This document shows, piece after piece, positions 57,426 through 64,000 of a stretch of DNA of 64,000 bases. The DNA is from Euglena gracilis. Its lineage: Eukaryota. Positions within the stretch are counted from its first letter, which is position 1. Every line of letters begins with the position of its first letter. The stretch is taken from the NCBI GenBank assembly GCA_039621445.1, contig CP154954.1, positions 17,886,589 through 17,950,588 of the forward strand, read 5' to 3'. A model generated the notes under the pieces. The model did not search any database. It worked only from the letters and a program-made list of their open reading frames with translations, and was not told the origin of the DNA. The translations under genes and the position numbers were made by a program.

Positions 57426-59434
57426 GATGCCCTTCGAACACAAAAAATTCCTCAAACAAAAAAATTCAAATCCCAACCACAGATGCTTTGGGATCCTGTT
57501 TCCCCAGCCTCCCCGCTCAATTGACCAGGTTTTGCATTGTGCTGAGCTCTTTACTTGTCTTATGGTGCCATGCTGCAGCAAATGTTTGAGGCCTGGTGCG
57601 CTTGGCGGCCCAGCGGCACAGCGGTCCAGCCCCGCCCAGTGCCCGGCGGCATGGCTAGTGGCCCGGTGGCCCAGCCCAGCTCAGCCCAGCCCAGTCAAAA
57701 TGTTGAAAAAGACTCATTTTTGGCTCATCCTAAAAGTGGCTGAAAATGGCTAGTCAAAACAGGCCAAAATTGTGCAAAATGGCCAAAATTGTCTCACAAA
57801 TGGCCGTAACTCAAGCTAGGCGGGAAAGTGTGGGGAAATCAAAATACTGTTAGATTGGGCATTTTAAGGGTTTCAATAGTTAGATAGGGCTTTCCTTTGA
57901 TTTCAAATTTCAGAAAAATCGAATTTTTTTGACCCAAAACAACGACCAAAAACGGCCAAGTTGCAAGCCTGCCGCACTGTTTTGGGCCATAAATCGGCCA
58001 TATCTGGTGGCGGGGAGTTGCGGGGAAATCATAACACCATTAGATAGGGTAAACCCCCCCCAAATAGTATTGCACCCGCAGCTCTATTGGACGGCCTCCA
58101 CTGGCAGCGGGGGGTGCAGCACTATTTGGACCCGTAGCACCATTGGACTGGGTGCCTCTTAGTCCCGGCCTATCACCACAGGCACCAATTTTGTCTGCTC
58201 AATGTCCTTCTCTAAGGCTAGTGAGGTCGTGTGGTTCATCTTCGGACCACTTCTCTGAGTTGTTCGGGTGGGGATTTGCCCCCTTTCCCCTCTCAGCGGA
58301 TTAAAAAAGGTGCCTGCAGCAGGCTGCACCAGCTTCTACGCATTTCACATTGCTGTGATTTGGGGGGGGGTGCAGCACTATTGGACACTCGCTTCATCCG
58401 GCGGGGGGTGCAGCACTATTTGGACCCGCAACTCTATTGGCCCCGCAACACTATTAGGGGGGGTTTAGTTCTTTGATGTTGCTTCATTTCCGAGAGATTT
58501 TTAAAAAAACATCAATTTTTTGACCCCGAAAACAACCCAAAATGACGAAAACAGCCCAAAATGACCCCAGAAGTTGGCCAAAATTGGCCGAAAATTGGCC
58601 GTAACTCGGGCAACTATTGCAATTGGTAAGGGGTCATTGATCTCTTACCTCTTTAAAGTAAGAGCGAAGCTCACCACTGGGGAAAAGGGGGGGGGGTAGA
58701 GGCCCATCCCCCCCCGCCCCTGGGTTACATTGGTAGGATGGTGTTCGTTCAAATTCGTGATCGAATAAAAGCGATTAATATCCCCATCCAATCGACTATT
58801 TTTTACCTTAGAGTAACGTGAGACTTCTGTGGATGCTTAATCCCTTTATCGGACAACTGGATCCTATTTTAAATCTCGCGCTGCCGATCTGTCATTAAAG
58901 GTCACGTGAACCTCAGCGGCATCAACTTTGTTGCAGTTAAATTCAATACATCTGCTTCAGGAATGTTTTATCGAAGCGGGTGGCCCTCCAAATTATAAGA
59001 AAAAACCCAAAATATGTTGACTTTTTTGTTTTGCGAAAGTAGGAAATCTGTTCACGACAATCCTTTTTTTGCGTGAGCGATTAATCCTGTTCGGGGGTCC
59101 CGAACGAATAATCGACTAGTCGTACCAACCTTACCCTTAACCCCCCCCCAAATTGAAAACCCCCCCCGGTTTCATATTTGGGCGGAAATTTCAAGACCCC
59201 CAGGGGGGTTTTATATTTGGGGGGGGGGGGCAAGTCACAAATAGGCCCACCTCGGGGGTCCAAAAATTTCACTTTTCGGGCAAAGGAGCAATTTGCACAC
59301 GTTTTTTTTGGTAAAAATTGCTCCCAAATCCGCCAAAAATCACAATTTCAGGAGAGATTTTGTCGCAATTTTTTCCTTCCGGTGCTTCGCGCCGGAGGGG
59401 GGTTTTGTATTTGGGGGGGGAGTAGGTGATGAAA

Positions 59435-59775
59435 ACCGCAGATTATCACCATCACCCTAGCCCAGTTCCCGGATTTTTTTTCCAGACGCGACTGGATCCC
59501 AAGTTTCCAAATCACCTCCATTTGACCCCCGACTCCCTGCTAGGCCCGAGTCATTCAACCATGGGATTCGCCAACCCCTCCCCCAGTTTCGACTCCTTTG
59601 CCATTTCGCTGGGGTGAGATTTTCGGTCAAAAATCGATTTTTGATATTATCTCGAGAGAATGTACATTATCTGGAAGTGTCTCACTGACCAAATGTACCC
59701 CTGGTTGCCCTCTATCACGTTCCGGCGCGCTTTTTTTTTGTGGCCTAAAACGGCCATTTTGGGATGTTTTTGGGC
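59435..59775 (+). repeat. Dispersed repeat, relative at about 63605-63990
   Basis: Shared GATTATCACC...GACTGGATCCC...TTTCCAAATCACCTCC...AAAATCGATTTTT...ATCTCGAGA. Confidence 0.7.
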
Positions 59776-62700
59776 CATTCTTGGTCAACAAATTGGTCTT
59801 TCCAAATTATCTTGACAATGAAGTAAAAATAAAAAGAAATGTCCAGAGACCGGGAGTGAGGCCCCTGGAACGCCCTTTCCATCCATGGATCCCAGAAGGG
59901 TGTCATTTGGTATCTCTCTTTTGGGGGGGGGGAAATACGGCATGTGCCAAAACCAATACCTTTTAACTTGTGGGTAGAGCGATGGTTTTTGATCCTCGCC
60001 TTTTGCAGATATTGATGGATGTACCTTGACGCATGCATTTATCGGGATCCAGCCAAAGACAATACGGCTCATTTCAATGTTCCCTTGGAACCCAACTGGT
60101 CAGGCGCTTGGGGACAGGACACACAGTTTGAAAACACAAAAAAAACACATGCAGATTGTTTCAAGGCAGAAGCACAAAAGCAGAAAAAAGATAGCGGCAA
60201 GCGAACTTTGTGGGCGCAATTGCAGTTTTGGCTGTTTGTAAATCTATCAGCACAAGACTCTCTTTCTTGGAGTTTCAAAACAATCGAATGTTGGATTTTC
60301 TGTGAGCGTCCCAGCCCAATATTTATAATCTCTCCACCTTGTGCAATTTGAATAAGAATTGGGGGGGGTGTTTCCCCGGACCCCCTTGCGACCCCACTCT
60401 GAACCCAGTTCGGCCTTCCAAATGGTACAGAACATTCCACACTGTAGGAATTTGCCACTCAATAAGGAATCAACTACAAAAATTTTTTCGCACGTTCCTA
60501 ATTGGGCCTATTTTTGGACAAAATGGCATGCAAATTCCCAATTGAGATCTAAAGTCAGAGGAAGAAAATGACCTGCCCCCCGTGCAACCCCCCCGCGACC
60601 CCCCTGTAAACCCACCACAAGAATGCTTCTTGTGTGGTCTCCCCCATTTCCCCCATCACCCCTGCTCTGCAGTCGTTCCCAAGGGAGACAGCCACGTGCT
60701 TCCCAAGTAATTCCAGCATTTCCCAAAGGTACGCGGGCCATAGAGGGCCAGAAAAGCTGCACACACACTGCGCTTGACCAACACCAATCGGCATTAGACC
60801 CACCTCATGAAGATCTACCAACACACCCATCCTCATTCCCTCCCACCTTCACCCCAACCTTGGTTGAGAAGCACAAACATTTTTCATGCCATCCAACCAT
60901 GCTTTGACCGAAGAGGATATCTTTGCATGCCCTCACCCCCCCCTCCGCGTCCCCCACCTCATCCAGAGGCAGGGGGAGCGGTAACTGGATCCTCTGGATC
61001 ATTTTGCCCTGTTGACAGTTCAGGGGGGAATCCGAACTGGATTGCCTAACCTAAACAAATTTTGCAACTGGATCGATTTTAAATTTGCTCTGAAAGTGCA
61101 TTGGTTATTTTTGTCATTTTTTAAACGAAAAATATTATTTTTGTGCATTTTTTGGCATGAAGGTGTGTCGGGTGGTACGCAAGGAGACGGTAATGCCTGG
61201 AAAAGGATCTTTTTTTTTATAAAAAAAACACCCGGTTTTTTTCCTTTTTTGAAAAAAGTCCGGGATTTGTTTTTTAAACAAAATTATCAGCTCTGGTTGT
61301 GGTCCAATTATTTCCAATCGATGATTTTTGTGAGTTCAATCTTCTGCCTTTTGGACATTGAGGAGGTAACATTGAGGTTGAGGTTTTCTTGCAAACCTCA
61401 ACCTCAATCCAGCCCTGGATGAAGTTCCTATGTTAAAATGGACCCCTAACCTAACCTCGCCATTGGGAAATTCACTTGGATTTTACCCTAACCCAGATGG
61501 GGCAAAGGATTATTCCAGATGGGGTAAAGGATTATTAGGCAACGTTTGGACCCTACACACAAAGTATGGGGTACCCAGAGGCCATCACAGGGTCCTCTTC
61601 ACCTGTTGCCCTCCACTGCATATCTCACCCCAACACGTTTTGCGAAGAAAATTCTTGCTATATATTTCCCCCTGTCAAAGCTTGCATCCATTGCCACGCA
61701 GGACATCACCGCCACGCCGGATGCAGTATTTCACAGCCTCTTTGGATGGCACAGACGTCATGGTTTTCAATATGTATGTTTCTTTGTCCCCACAATTGCA
61801 CAATTGACAATTTGAATGCAAAAGAAAGTAGCAGTTAAACCACGGTGAACAATTTGGCCTGCACTACATTGAACTTTTTGGTCTTTGACCCTTTACTGCC
61901 CAACCCCCCCAAAGGAGACCTGGGTCTTATCTTTGGGAAACAGGGGGTCCCAGCCTCACCCCCTCGTGTCCAAGTCCCCACCGGGGGAAATTATTGTAGC
62001 CACTTCCCCACCTCATACGTGCAAATCAGACCACTATCAACAAGCACAATCAAGATCAACAAGAAGGCAATTCAAGACATCCACCCCCAAAAAGGCACCC
62101 TGCCCCCAAACCGACCAAGCAACCTCCCCCAATTTAGACGATGAAAAGGTTCTTTGAAATATTGTGGAAATTCCAAATTTTTAGGAACAAAAAAATCACA
62201 CCACATCCCCGATAGTGTCCCCCCCCCCGGTAGTGTCCCATAACCCTTTGCCTTTCGCGTCGCTTTCCTGGACCCTGCATTTCCATTTGGATAGACAGCC
62301 CCCCCCCCCCCCGATAGTGTCCCATGCCCACCTGTGGTTGAGCCAGGTATGGGACACTATCTGGGGGGACATGGCTTTTTCTCGATGCTTTGTAATTTTT
62401 TGAGAAACAAAAAAAATCATGAGATCTCGATTTACCCATGCCGCAAAGTGCCAAAGTGCATAAAGAAAAGTTCTGTTTTTTTTGGAAGGAAAATGATAGC
62501 TGTCTGCAGCCTTCAGGTGTTACCATGCCCCCCCCCCCCCCACGAGCTATCCCCTCCCGAGCTAAGGAGGGGGACGGGAATTGCCTTTGGGAAGTGACCG
62601 AGCCCAAAATCACTCGTTTTAAACGAAGTCAAAAAAAGGCAAACTTTTTTAAAAAAATTAACAAAAAATGCCATTGAGGCAGAATCCAGAGACCTGCACC

Positions 62701-64000
62701 CGAGCCGATGTCCTGGACACAGTTTTTGAAACCGTATATTAGGGCTCTGGACTCACGCCTGTATAGGACGCACGGGATTGTCTTATTTTGTCTGCAGGCT
62801 TTTCTGAATGTACCCTGGCCAGGTCTCCGCCGTTTGCACCAACGCGATGCCCTGCCGAAGATGGAATTTTCTCAAAAGTTGCAAAAAATCACAAATGAGA
62901 TAATGTGGTTTCTCTCTTTGAATTATGCTGTTTTATGTCACGTTGGTTTGCCACACTCACCCATGGAGCTTGCTCGAGAATGGAGGATGAAAGGAGAATC
63001 CATGCTTTTCTGCACTGTCACTGACCACCACATCTCTGGAAATTTCAATGAAAAAAAATCAAATCTGTGGTTTAAAAAAATGCGAAAATTTCAAAAAAAT
63101 ACGAAAAATTCTATGGTTTTTGAGAAAACCATTTGAACAGAGGTTTTTTTCAATTTTTTTTTTGAAATTGAAAAAAAAAGGGAAACTCACAAAAAAATTG
63201 CGCAAATTGAAGGGGCCGAAAAAACTCGGTCTGTTTTTTTTTTTGACAAGGTGGTTGTTTTCTATGGTCAATACTTATCTGAAGCAAAGGTTTGAGAAGT
63301 GCAGAAGATATCACAATCAAGCACAATTCATGCTGGTAGCAAATTCATTTAAGCATTGTTTGGTTAGCACTTTGACTCAAAAAGAAAACTTGCCCGATAA
63401 GAATACTGTGTTACACTATTTACACTATTTACTGTGTTACACATTTCTTTTTTTCTTTTCAGCCTTAACGCTGACCTTTGTCTTACCCAATGGGGCCTCA
63501 CCCTAAGCCTTGAGTACCATCCCCCCCATATAGGACCGGGGGAAAAGGGGGGAGGAACGACCCCTCCCCCTCCCCCCTTGCCCTACGGAGAGGTAGGAGA
63601 ACCAACGGATTATCACCCTGACCCTGGATCCATTCCCGGATTTTTTTTTCCAGTCACGAGCGACTGGATCCCGGCTTTCCAAATCACCTCCGCTTGACCC
63701 CCAACTCCCTGCCAGACCCAAGTTATTCAGCCGACAAGGGTCCACACTAGGTTGGATTATCCTCCCTCCTCAGTTTCGACTCTGCCATATTGCCCGGGGT
63801 TTTCAGCCCAAAAAATCGATTTTTCAACATAATCTCGAGAAAATGCAAATTATTTACAAAAGTGTCTGCCAGACTAACTGTGCCTGTGGACATCCTCTAT
63901 CGCCCCGCTCGCCATTTTGGCCGCCGACACGCCTGGCCCGTGTTCTGGCTTGGTTTTGTGGCCCAAAATGGCCATTTTTGGTTTTTTTGGGGGGGGCTGC

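Larger units (their letters stand above)
47205..58698. repeat. Tandem segmental duplication, copy 2
   Basis: Starts CTAGGCACAG as copy 1; both end CTCACCACTGGGGAAAAG(n)TA. Confidence 0.92.

Noticed and set aside
61600-63050. Possible minus-strand exons (gtgagt donor near 62960)
   Set aside because: Could not assemble a recognisable protein; part resembles repeat DNA near 29565-29595.

Overview
Eukaryotic, transposon-saturated DNA, most likely from a euglenid (inferred from GTGTG/GTATG donors mixed with non-GT-AG, stem-closed introns). The left half holds the first 18 exons (about 568 codons) of a minus-strand DDB1 gene, from ATG 30095 to 731, continuing off the left edge. Thirteen of its 17 complete introns are GT-AG and four are not. 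Two of those four are visibly DNA-transposon insertions in coding sequence: CAG...CTG-terminated elements with perfect 8-bp target-site duplications (hAT signature). Removing the element plus one TSD copy restores the DDB1 frame exactly, and the 3 nt + 5 nt spacing of the euglenid nonconventional-intron consensus equals the 8-bp TSD. This points to an hAT-MITE intron-generating system caught in the act. Introns and intergenic DNA are nested MITEs (8-bp, TA and 3-bp TSD classes). Intron 3 also contains a tyrosine-recombinase-like gene broken into three stop-free pieces that rejoin in frame at microhomologies. The right half has one intact tRNA-Gln(CUG), an approximately 12 kb tandem duplication with copy-specific inversions and insertions, two tRNA-Gln pseudogenes, and relics of a second tyrosine recombinase and a pogo-like transposase. 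Almost all ORF-track entries are spurious. All calls are by-eye; no alignments or database searches were run.
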